From Limisphaerales bacterium (lineage in GTDB: Bacteria; Verrucomicrobiota; Verrucomicrobiia; Limisphaerales; JAJOIW01), in NCBI GenBank assembly GCA_965657355.1, contig CBFHOE010000001.1, positions 34,300 through 60,926 of the forward strand: a stretch of 26,627 bases of DNA, read 5' to 3'. The notes beneath the pieces are model-generated. The model saw only the letters and a list, made by a program, of their open reading frames with translations, was not told the DNA's origin and searched no databases. Positions 17,115-25,179 of this stretch are shown piece after piece; positions within the stretch are counted from its first letter, which is position 1, and every line of letters starts with the position of its first letter. A program made the position numbers and the translations under genes.

Positions 17115-18503
17115 ATGACCGATTATAGTATCGAAACCTCAAACATGGCTTACAAAAAAGTATACAATCGTCGTAACTTCATTGGCACAGCTGCATCTTC
17201 AGCATTTGCTTTGACATATTTGCCTTCCAGAGTATTTGGTGCGAACAGCACTATACAAATGGCCGGCATTGGAGTTGGAGGCAAAGGCGGCAGCGATATC
17301 GATGGAGCGGGAAAAGTCGGGAAAGTTGTTGCCCTTTGTGATATTGATGGGAACAACCTCAATGAAAAATCAAAAAAATATCCCGGAGCTAAGAAGTTTT
17401 TTGATTTCCGTGAGATGTTATCGTCGATGAAAGGTGAGATTGATGCTGTCACTGTTTCTACTCCCGACCATACCCACGCTCCTGCTGCCCTAATGGCAAT
17501 GAGGCAAGGCGTTCATGTATACTGTCAGAAGCCATTGACGCACACTGTAGCTGAAGCAAGAGCGATGCGTGTCGAAGCTCTTAAAAACGGGGTTGCTACA
17601 CAAATGGGTAATCAGGGAACCGCCGATAATGGATTGAGGCGAGGGGTCGAGCTCGTTCAATCTGGAATTGTAGGCGATGTGCAGGAGATTCACGTTTGGA
17701 CTAATAGACCCGTTTGGCCCCAAGCTCCTGAAATAGTTGGAAGACCAAATGAAGCCCCACCAATTCCTCCGCATATCAGATGGGATCAATTCATTGGGCC
17801 TGCTCCCTGGAGACCTTATCACAGTGCCTATCATCCATTTAAATGGAGGGGATGGTGGGACTTCGGTACTGGAGCCCTCGGCGATATGGGCTGTCATACT
17901 GCAAATATGGCATTCATGGCATGTAAGCTGAAATATCCCACAAAGGTAAAAGCTATTAGTGGAGAAGTGAACTCAGAAACTTACCCAGCTTGGGCATCTG
18001 TCGAATACGACTTTCCTGCAAGAGAGAAAATGCCCGCCTGCAAATTTTATTGGTACGAGGGAAAGCTTCCTAACGGTGAGAAAAACCTTCCTCCAAAAGC
18101 TTTATTCAATGGAGAAAATCCCCCAGGATCAGGGTCACTAATCGTCGGGACTGAGGGGATACTTTATAGCCCCAATGATTACGGCTCTAAATTCAAAATT
18201 TTTCCTAAAAATAAAACTAAATCTTTTGTTCAGCCAAAAGCTTGGTTGCCTCGAAATGGAAGAGGAGATGATGGTATGAAAGAAGAATGGGCAGCCGCGA
18301 TAAAAGGCGGTCCTCCGGCTATGTCTAATTTTGAATATGCTGGTGTTCTTACTGAAGCCATCCTTTTAGGAAATGTCGCGATTCTTCATGGCGGAAAAAC
18401 GTTGGATTGGAACGGACAAGCTATGAAGTTTACCAACAGCGATTCAGCTAATGACTCCCTCCATAAAAAGTTCCGCCACGGATGGCCCAACATCAGGGCA
18501 TAG
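17115..18503 (+). CDS. Gfo/Idh/MocA family oxidoreductase with Tat signal (start may be the ATG at 17145)
   Basis: Twin-arginine NRRNFI, Rossmann motif GIGVGGKG, VSTPDHTH, HVYCQKP, QMGNQG and GALGDMGCH. Confidence 0.93.
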   Translation: MTDYSIETSNMAYKKVYNRRNFIGTAASSAFALTYLPSRVFGANSTIQMAGIGVGGKGGSDIDGAGKVGKVVALCDIDGNNLNEKSKKYPGAKKFFDFREMLSSMKGEIDAVTVSTPDHTHAPAALMAMRQGVHVYCQKPLTHTVAEARAMRVEALKNGVATQMGNQGTADNGLRRGVELVQSGIVGDVQEIHVWTNRPVWPQAPEIVGRPNEAPPIPPHIRWDQFIGPAPWRPYHSAYHPFKWRGWWDFGTGALGDMGCHTANMAFMACKLKYPTKVKAISGEVNSETYPAWASVEYDFPAREKMPACKFYWYEGKLPNGEKNLPPKALFNGENPPGSGSLIVGTEGILYSPNDYGSKFKIFPKNKTKSFVQPKAWLPRNGRGDDGMKEEWAAAIKGGPPAMSNFEYAGVLTEAILLGNVAILHGGKTLDWNGQAMKFTNSDSANDSLHKKFRHGWPNIRA

Positions 18504-18545
18504 CACGAATTAGCTGTTCGGTTTTCCAAATTTCAAATCCCCAGG

Positions 18546-18578
18546 AATGGTCAGGAATTTTTCCTGACCATTTTTATT
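18546..18578 (+). terminator. Rho-independent terminator
   Basis: Perfect 12-bp stem AATGGTCAGGAA-ttt-TTCCTGACCATT followed by TTTATT, 42 nt after the oxidoreductase stop. Confidence 0.75.
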
Positions 18579-18587
18579 GTCCTTTTC

Positions 18588-19667
18588 ATGACATACGATG
18601 GAATTTATTGTGGTGGTATGATTCAAGATTTGACCCAAAAGCTTAAAGATGGTTTCAGTATGAGCGACAAGGAGGCTGAATTAAGCGTATCTCTATTGGT
18701 GGATGCTGAAATCGATCCCACAGGAAAAGCAGATTTTTTAGGTGCTCTATCAGAAAAGGGTGAATCTGAATCTGAGATCACGGTCATCGCATCCAAACTT
18801 CGTGATATGGCTGTCGCGCCTCCTGGAATTGAATCATTAGACCGCCAGGAAATTATTGATGTTTGTGGGACTGGGGGGGATCACCTGAACACTTTTAATG
18901 TTTCAACTACAGTAGCCCTTTTATTGGCAGCTCAGGGTATAAAAGTGGCCAAGCACGGTAATAGAGCCATCACTTCAAAGTCTGGAAGCGCGGATGTCTT
19001 GACTGCTCTCGGCTTACCAGTCGACCTTTCACCGAAGCAGGCTGTATGCTCACTCCGAGATAATAATTTTGCTTTTTTCTTTGCTATTCACTACCACCCT
19101 GCATTTAAACATATTGGCCCCGCCAGACAGATTTGTGCTCAAAGAGGACAGCGAACAATTTTTAATTTTCTAGGCCCTCTTCTCAATCCAGTGAAGCCTG
19201 CTTGTCAACTAATTGGCGTCCCCCTTCCTTCCAAATGTGAGATGATTGCCAAAGTTCTCATGTCTATGGGTTCCAGGAGGGGGATGGTTGTGAGTGGTCG
19301 AGCTGATGACGAAAGATATATGGATGAATTGAGTACTTTGGGAAATTCAGTGATAGCAGAATTTTATCAGGGACGTGGTTTTTCTGTCTCCGAATTGGAG
19401 ATTGAGCATTTGCCTCTATCCCCCAGCTCCATTGAGGATTTAAAGGGAGGACAAGCCGATGAGAATGCAGCACTTATAGAAAAAATAATTTCGGGAGAAG
19501 TCAAAGGTCCACAAAGGGATATCGTTCTTTTAAATACCGCTGCCGCTTTACTTGTCGCCGATCGATCAAATAGCATTGCCGAAGGGTGGGATCTAGCTGC
19601 CGAGATTATTGACAGTGGAAGAGCCAAGGATTTCTTAGTTAAGCTACGAACTTGGGAGCCATCCTGA
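18588..19667 (+). CDS. trpD: Anthranilate phosphoribosyltransferase (start may be the ATG at 18618)
   Basis: DVCGTGGD, TFNVST, VAKHGNRAITSKSGSADVL, RTIFNFLGPLLNP and MDELS. Confidence 0.96.
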   Translation: MTYDGIYCGGMIQDLTQKLKDGFSMSDKEAELSVSLLVDAEIDPTGKADFLGALSEKGESESEITVIASKLRDMAVAPPGIESLDRQEIIDVCGTGGDHLNTFNVSTTVALLLAAQGIKVAKHGNRAITSKSGSADVLTALGLPVDLSPKQAVCSLRDNNFAFFFAIHYHPAFKHIGPARQICAQRGQRTIFNFLGPLLNPVKPACQLIGVPLPSKCEMIAKVLMSMGSRRGMVVSGRADDERYMDELSTLGNSVIAEFYQGRGFSVSELEIEHLPLSPSSIEDLKGGQADENAALIEKIISGEVKGPQRDIVLLNTAAALLVADRSNSIAEGWDLAAEIIDSGRAKDFLVKLRTWEPS

Positions 19668-19682
19668 TTTCCTGGCTTCCTA

Positions 19683-21005
19683 TCAGACGTTCCACTCGTT
19701 TAGTAATCCCTCGTCTTTGGTTGATATCTGAGATTGATTGAATGGATCAATTCCTAACCCCTTAAAAACGTGACCAGCAAAATGGAGTGACCCAGCCACA
19801 ACGAGACCATTTTGAGAACGGTGCCCAAGAATATGACTCACGGGGTCTTCTGTCTGTGAGAGAACAACCTCAGATTTTATAGTATTTTGCGCGATACTTA
19901 AAATTTTATCTAATGGAAATGCACGCTCAGTTGGGGGCTGGCAAAAGGTTAAGCTATTTGCAATGTTCTCAAGCGGGTTCAACATGTCTGCAATGGGCCT
20001 ATCGGATAATAATCCCAGAAGGAAATCGAATTTCTTGCCTGGAAATTCTGTCCTTAAGTAGGAGCTAAGAGCTTCAACCCCCTGCGGATTATGGGCTCCA
20101 TCTAATATGAAAGTCACCCCATTATCCAATTTTAATTTTTGAAGCCTTGCTGGCCAATGGGTCCATTCCAAACCTTTGTTGAAATCTTCATTACGGATTG
20201 GGATTACGGGCTGGAGTATTTGGCAGGCTTTCTTCGCCAGGGCGATGTTGACATTATGATGGGCGCCTCGAATATTTTTCAGAGGTCTTCTAGGCTGTGA
20301 TTTTTGAACGTCTTCTCGAGTAACCAGATGGAGTGGAGCATCCATTTCCTTTGCCTTTTTTTCTATTACAGCCATGATATTATCCTCCATTTCAAGACAA
20401 ACCACGGGTGTCTTGGGTTTAATGATTCCTGCTTTTTCAAAAGCTATTTGACTGACTGTTTCACCGAGCCATTTTTGGTGGTCTAAGGCAATCGAGCTAA
20501 TGATACATAGTTGCGGTTTTAAGATGTTAGTTGCATCCAATCGCCCCCCCAGTCCAGTTTCCATTATTGCGATTTCTAAATTCTGACGAGCAAAAGCCTC
20601 TAGTGCCATAACGGTAGTCGCCTCAAAAAATGTGGGTCCATTGGTGTTCCCGTCGATTTTCGGCCAATCCCTATCAACAAGTTTTGCTATTTTATTTGTT
20701 AGTTCTACTATTTTTTCTCTGGAAACGGGAGTTCCCCCTAAGCGTATTCTTTCATTAAAATTTACAAGGTGAGGGCTGGTAAAAAGCCCTGTGGTATATC
20801 CCGCATTCCGGAAAACGCACTCTAGTATGGCACAAATGGTTCCTTTCCCATTTGTGCCTGCAACGTGAATGTAATTAATGTCAGGGTTTGGAAGGTCTAA
20901 CTTGGCTGCCAGAATTCGAGTGTTATCAAGTCCCAGTTTCATACCATTAAGCCTCAGCCCGTATAGATATTCCACCGCCTGGTCGAATGATTTTAATTCT
21001 TTCAT
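19683..21005 (-). CDS. folC: Bifunctional folylpolyglutamate synthase / dihydrofolate synthase
   Basis: IHVAGTNGKG, FTSPHL, TFFE, ETGLGGRLDATN, IAFEKAGIIK and LDGAHNP. Confidence 0.96.
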   Translation of the reverse strand: MKELKSFDQAVEYLYGLRLNGMKLGLDNTRILAAKLDLPNPDINYIHVAGTNGKGTICAILECVFRNAGYTTGLFTSPHLVNFNERIRLGGTPVSREKIVELTNKIAKLVDRDWPKIDGNTNGPTFFEATTVMALEAFARQNLEIAIMETGLGGRLDATNILKPQLCIISSIALDHQKWLGETVSQIAFEKAGIIKPKTPVVCLEMEDNIMAVIEKKAKEMDAPLHLVTREDVQKSQPRRPLKNIRGAHHNVNIALAKKACQILQPVIPIRNEDFNKGLEWTHWPARLQKLKLDNGVTFILDGAHNPQGVEALSSYLRTEFPGKKFDFLLGLLSDRPIADMLNPLENIANSLTFCQPPTERAFPLDKILSIAQNTIKSEVVLSQTEDPVSHILGHRSQNGLVVAGSLHFAGHVFKGLGIDPFNQSQISTKDEGLLNEWNV

Positions 21006-21296
21006 TTAAACTTTTTTCCCTTTCCCCTGAGGAAATACCTATTAACTGCTTGAGATCTCGAGGTAACCATTTCCCCCCCCGCTATTAACATACCAAACAA
21101 ATTTTAATACTAATTCATTAACTCAAGAACAATGAATTTGATCCCATAATAGCTTTCCGCTGAATTACAAGAGTCACAACCTCAATCAAATAAAGCCAAT
21201 CTACGAGTGAAATGAAGAAATTTGACGTTCAGGGCTTAGGTTTATGCTAGTTCTCAATCTTGTCTCTGGAAATCCGATCAAGCTCATGTAGTATTC

Positions 21297-22511
21297 ATGG
21301 CGATGGATACCAAACATAATCCATTTGATCCAGTTGAAGAAGTCATAGAGGACATCCGCCAAGGCAAGATGGTCGTCATAGTCGATGACGAAGATCGAGA
21401 GAATGAGGGTGACTTGGTTATGGCAGCGGAAAAAATTACACCAGATGCCGTCAACTTTATGGCCAAGTATGGCAGAGGGCTCATTTGCGTTCCCTCCGAA
21501 TCCAGCCGATTAAAGCAGCTGGGTATTGAGCAAATGGTGTCAGATAATAGAGATGAATTTAAGACCGATTTTCAAATAAGCGTTGATGCCGCTCGTGGCA
21601 TTTCCACTGGTATCAGTGCCCTAGATAGAGCGGCAACAATAAAAACTCTAGCAAACCCCGTTGCCGTTCCGAGTGACCTTGTTCAGCCAGGACATATTTT
21701 TCCTCTCAGGGCCAAATCTGGTGGAGTTCTCCAAAGAGCAGGTCACACCGAAGCTGCCGTTGATTTATCAAAATTGGCTGGATTACTTCCAATGGGAGTT
21801 ATTTGTGAAATTCTCAATGACGATGGTTCTATGGCGCGGCTCCCAGAGCTGAGGCAATTCACCAAAACACACGGGATCAAAATTAGCTCCATTGAAAGTC
21901 TCATCAAATACCGAAAAAAATCAGAGAAACTCATAGAGCTTGAAGAAATCGTTCAAATGCCGACCGACTACGGCGAATTTAAGCTACATCTTTATAAATC
22001 CCTGACTGATGGTGAGAATCACATGGCTCTTGTTAAAGGCAAAATACAGCCAGACAAGCCAACTTTGGTTCGAGTCCATAGCGAGTGCTTAACAGGTGAT
22101 GTTTTCGGCTCACGGCGATGCGACTGTGGTCCTCAGCTCCATAAAGCCATGGAAAGGGTGAGGGATGAGGGGAACGGGGTCATTCTCTATATGCGACAAG
22201 AGGGCCGTGGTATTGGCCTTGCCCCGAAAATGAAAGCATACAAACTCCAAGAAGGAGGACTAGATACTGTGCAGGCAAACCTCGAACTCGGATTTCCCAT
22301 GGATTTACGAGATTATGGTATCGGCGCTCAAATTCTCAATAATCTTGAGCTCAAGAAAATACGACTTTTAACAAATAATCCCAAAAAAATTGTTGGACTC
22401 GAGGGGCATGGATTGGAAATCGTTGAACAAGTTCCCATTCAAATCCCGCCAAATCCTTACAATAAAAAATACCTTCTGACTAAAAAAACCAAGTTAGGAC
22501 ATATTCTTTGA
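21297..22511 (+). CDS. ribBA: Bifunctional DHBP synthase / GTP cyclohydrolase II
   Basis: [44 protein letters not shown] and LTNNP. Confidence 0.97.
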   Translation: MAMDTKHNPFDPVEEVIEDIRQGKMVVIVDDEDRENEGDLVMAAEKITPDAVNFMAKYGRGLICVPSESSRLKQLGIEQMVSDNRDEFKTDFQISVDAARGISTGISALDRAATIKTLANPVAVPSDLVQPGHIFPLRAKSGGVLQRAGHTEAAVDLSKLAGLLPMGVICEILNDDGSMARLPELRQFTKTHGIKISSIESLIKYRKKSEKLIELEEIVQMPTDYGEFKLHLYKSLTDGENHMALVKGKIQPDKPTLVRVHSECLTGDVFGSRRCDCGPQLHKAMERVRDEGNGVILYMRQEGRGIGLAPKMKAYKLQEGGLDTVQANLELGFPMDLRDYGIGAQILNNLELKKIRLLTNNPKKIVGLEGHGLEIVEQVPIQIPPNPYNKKYLLTKKTKLGHIL

Positions 22512-22550
22512 CAATTATTTTCACCAATTAATTTTAAATATTTATAAAGA

Positions 22551-23051
22551 ATGCTCACAGAAAGGCCTGTAAATGGCCAAATTTCAGAAGAATCCAGGCA
22601 ACTCATCGGCGAAGTAAGCGGGAATTTCACAATCATTGCATCCAAATTTAATCCCAAACTTGTCGATGGGCTTTTGGGGCATTGCCTCTCTATTTTGGAT
22701 TCTTTTTCCCAGAGAAACACATCAGTTATCCGTGTGCCTGGCGCTTTCGAGATTCCTGCGATTGCTGCCCGTTGTGCTGATGACAATCCCACACCCGACG
22801 CAATCATATGTCTTGGCGCTGTTATTCAGGGGGAAACGACTCATGCCGAGCAAATTACCCTCGGAGTGACCAATGCTTTGGCCCAGCTTCAAATTTCATA
22901 TAAAATACCTATCATTCATGGTGTTGGGCACTACCAGACCCTCGAACAGGCAGAAAAAAGGTGCCTTTATTCTGACCATAATCGCGGATCCGAGTGTGCC
23001 CTGGTTGCCTTGGAGATGGCTCACCTTTTTTCTCAAATCAGGACTTTGTGA
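22551..23051 (+). CDS. ribH: 6,7-dimethyl-8-ribityllumazine synthase
   Basis: SKFN, VPGAFEIP, ICLGAVIQGETTH and ALEMA. Follows ribBA. Confidence 0.92.
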   Translation: MLTERPVNGQISEESRQLIGEVSGNFTIIASKFNPKLVDGLLGHCLSILDSFSQRNTSVIRVPGAFEIPAIAARCADDNPTPDAIICLGAVIQGETTHAEQITLGVTNALAQLQISYKIPIIHGVGHYQTLEQAEKRCLYSDHNRGSECALVALEMAHLFSQIRTL

Positions 23052-23069
23052 AATTTTTCACAAAGTCCT
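23040..23069. promoter_or_regulatory. Perfect 14-bp inverted repeat containing a Rex-consensus (and CRP-type) operator upstream of the cta/cox operon
   Basis: AGGACTTTGTGAAA-tt-TTTCACAAAGTCCT. The core 23046-23063 is TTGTGAA-ATTT-TTCACAA. It overlaps the ribH stop codon. Confidence 0.65.
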
Positions 23070-23135
23070 TGAATCACGAAGCTACCGTTGTTACTAGTTA
23101 ATTGTGAATTAAAACAGCCCCTTCGGTAGCTCTTA

Positions 23136-24236
23136 ATGGAGTGGGGCTTCGTGGATATCATGTTAACAACTAATAGGAACGCTTGGTTAAGTCGGTTCGC
23201 TTACTTCACAGTATTTTCTACACTTTGTTTGATAAGCCTTGGAGGTGTAGTAACCAGTACAGAAACGGGGATGACTGTCCCTGACTGGCCCAACAGCTAC
23301 GGTTATAATATGTTTCTTTTCCCCATCTCCCTGTGGCAAGGTGGAATTTTTTATGAGCATTCACACAGATTACTAGGCTCTTTCGTGGGTCTCCTCACCA
23401 TATGTCTTGCTCTGTGGGTGCATTTTTCCAAGGGCGTTTCAAAAACAACCAAAACAATGGCATGGATAGCTATCCCATTGGTTGTTTTTCAGGGCATTCT
23501 GGGAGGTTTGAGGGTGGAACTCGTTAAAGATTGGATCGGAATTTTTCATGCGGTCGTTGCGCAATGTTACCTTGTTTACTTATCGATAATTGCTTTCCGT
23601 TTGTCAAAGACAGGCATGACAAAGGAATTCTCCAAAGACGCAAACGCTCTCAGCAAAATCTCCAAAGCTACAACAATTCTTGCTTTCGCTGTATTGCTGC
23701 AGCTTGCGCTAGGCGCTACGATGCGTCACCAGCACCAAGGATTGGCTGTTCCTGACTTCCCAACAGCCTATGGTGCATTCTGGCCTGACACTTCTGCCAG
23801 CGCCATGGCTGAACTTAACGAAGTCCGAAGCTTCAACGACGAGCCAGAATTGTCTGCTTTTCACGTCAATGTCCACATGGTTCACCGGCTATTCGCCTAC
23901 GTTTTGTTAATAGCGACCACTACATTTATAATTGTTGCTATCCGCAAGAATTGGTTTAAACGGGCTGGTTACTCGCTAGGAATTCCAATCGCCTGGGGTT
24001 GCCTAATTTGGGGGCAAGGTTTATTGGGCATCGTTACTGTCCTCAAGAACAAACCTGCTGACATCGCTACTCTTCACGTCGTTGTCGGTGCTTTGACACT
24101 GGTTTTAGTATCCCTAGTCGCCTATTCATCTAAGCAATCTAAAAAATCGAGTCATAAAGACGCATTGACTTCATTAGACCATATCCCGCAAACTTCTGAC
24201 GTTAAAGAAGTCGCGACCATCAGTAGCGCTGCATGA
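23136..24236 (+). CDS. ctaA: Heme A synthase (COX15/CtaA family; start may be the ATG at 23160)
   Basis: GGVVTSTETGMTVPDWP, EHSHR, FHAVVA, HMVHR and LHVVVG (four conserved His). About 8 TM helices, adjacent to ctaB. Confidence 0.9.
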   Translation: MEWGFVDIMLTTNRNAWLSRFAYFTVFSTLCLISLGGVVTSTETGMTVPDWPNSYGYNMFLFPISLWQGGIFYEHSHRLLGSFVGLLTICLALWVHFSKGVSKTTKTMAWIAIPLVVFQGILGGLRVELVKDWIGIFHAVVAQCYLVYLSIIAFRLSKTGMTKEFSKDANALSKISKATTILAFAVLLQLALGATMRHQHQGLAVPDFPTAYGAFWPDTSASAMAELNEVRSFNDEPELSAFHVNVHMVHRLFAYVLLIATTTFIIVAIRKNWFKRAGYSLGIPIAWGCLIWGQGLLGIVTVLKNKPADIATLHVVVGALTLVLVSLVAYSSKQSKKSSHKDALTSLDHIPQTSDVKEVATISSAA

Positions 24237-25144
24237 AATCAACAGTTGTTCCAATACATACCATTGAGTCTGAATCATCCAGAAAAGATATAATCGCTGG
24301 ATTGGTTGAGCTATCTAAAGCGCGACTGAGCCTCATGGTTATTCTCACTTCCGCTGCTGGTTTCTACATGGGCCACAAAGGCAACCCAGATTGGTTCTAC
24401 ACTTTTTGTATGACCATTTCCGGCACAGCATTACTGGCGATCAGTGCCGCGGCTCTCAATCAGGTCCTTGAGATTAGTCACGACTCAAACATGGATCGGA
24501 CCAAAGATCGACCTTTGGTTACCCGATTGTTTTCAACCTCGTTCGCAGTCAAGTTCGGTATAATCACTGCTACTTTAGGTTTCTCAGCGCTAATTGCTGG
24601 CGCTAATCCACTGACGGCCATTTTAGGCCTTGCCACCTTAATAATTTATTTATTTGTATACACCCCTCTCAAAAGAATTTCTATTTGGAATACGCTCGTC
24701 GGAGCTCTCCCGGGAGCTCTCCCTCCACTTATGGGTTGGACAGCTGCCACAGGCCAAATTGACTCCAAGGGGCTGTTGCTCTTCCTATTGCTTTTCGCAT
24801 GGCAAATACCTCACTTCATGGCAATTGCTTGGATGTACAAAGATGATTACCAAAAAGCTGGCTTCAAAATGCTTCCATCTATAGACATCAATGGTCACAG
24901 GTGTGGCCGACACGCTGTGGTTTTCTCCTTTTGCCTCACACAAGTTGGTCTTTTAATGGCGCGACAACAAATGGTTGGTGTTGTTTATGTCATCCTAGGA
25001 AGTTTACTGGCACTCGGAATGCTGGTATTTTCCATTTGGTTTTGCCACAGGCCTTCCCATAAAACGGCCAAAATGCTTTTTTTGAGTTCTATAATTTATC
25101 TCCCGTTTCAACTTTTACTGATGGTTTTCGATAAAAACTCGTAA
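24233..25144 (+). CDS. ctaB: Protoheme IX farnesyltransferase (heme O synthase)
   Basis: DSNMDRTKDRPL, YTPLKR, GALPGALPPLMGWTA and WQIPHF. ATGA overlap with ctaA. Confidence 0.96.
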   Translation: MKSTVVPIHTIESESSRKDIIAGLVELSKARLSLMVILTSAAGFYMGHKGNPDWFYTFCMTISGTALLAISAAALNQVLEISHDSNMDRTKDRPLVTRLFSTSFAVKFGIITATLGFSALIAGANPLTAILGLATLIIYLFVYTPLKRISIWNTLVGALPGALPPLMGWTAATGQIDSKGLLLFLLLFAWQIPHFMAIAWMYKDDYQKAGFKMLPSIDINGHRCGRHAVVFSFCLTQVGLLMARQQMVGVVYVILGSLLALGMLVFSIWFCHRPSHKTAKMLFLSSIIYLPFQLLLMVFDKNS

Positions 25145-25179
25145 CTAAAAATTTAAAATTAAAAAATCTCCACAATAAT

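Noticed and set aside
21222..21296. FMN riboswitch upstream of ribBA (TTCAGGGC resembles its 5' start)
   Set aside because: The following conserved elements (GGTGAAATTCC..ACCGGCGGT) are absent and there is too little space before the start codon. The nearby TTGACG..TATGCT promoter-like pair has only a 15-bp spacer, so it was not called either.
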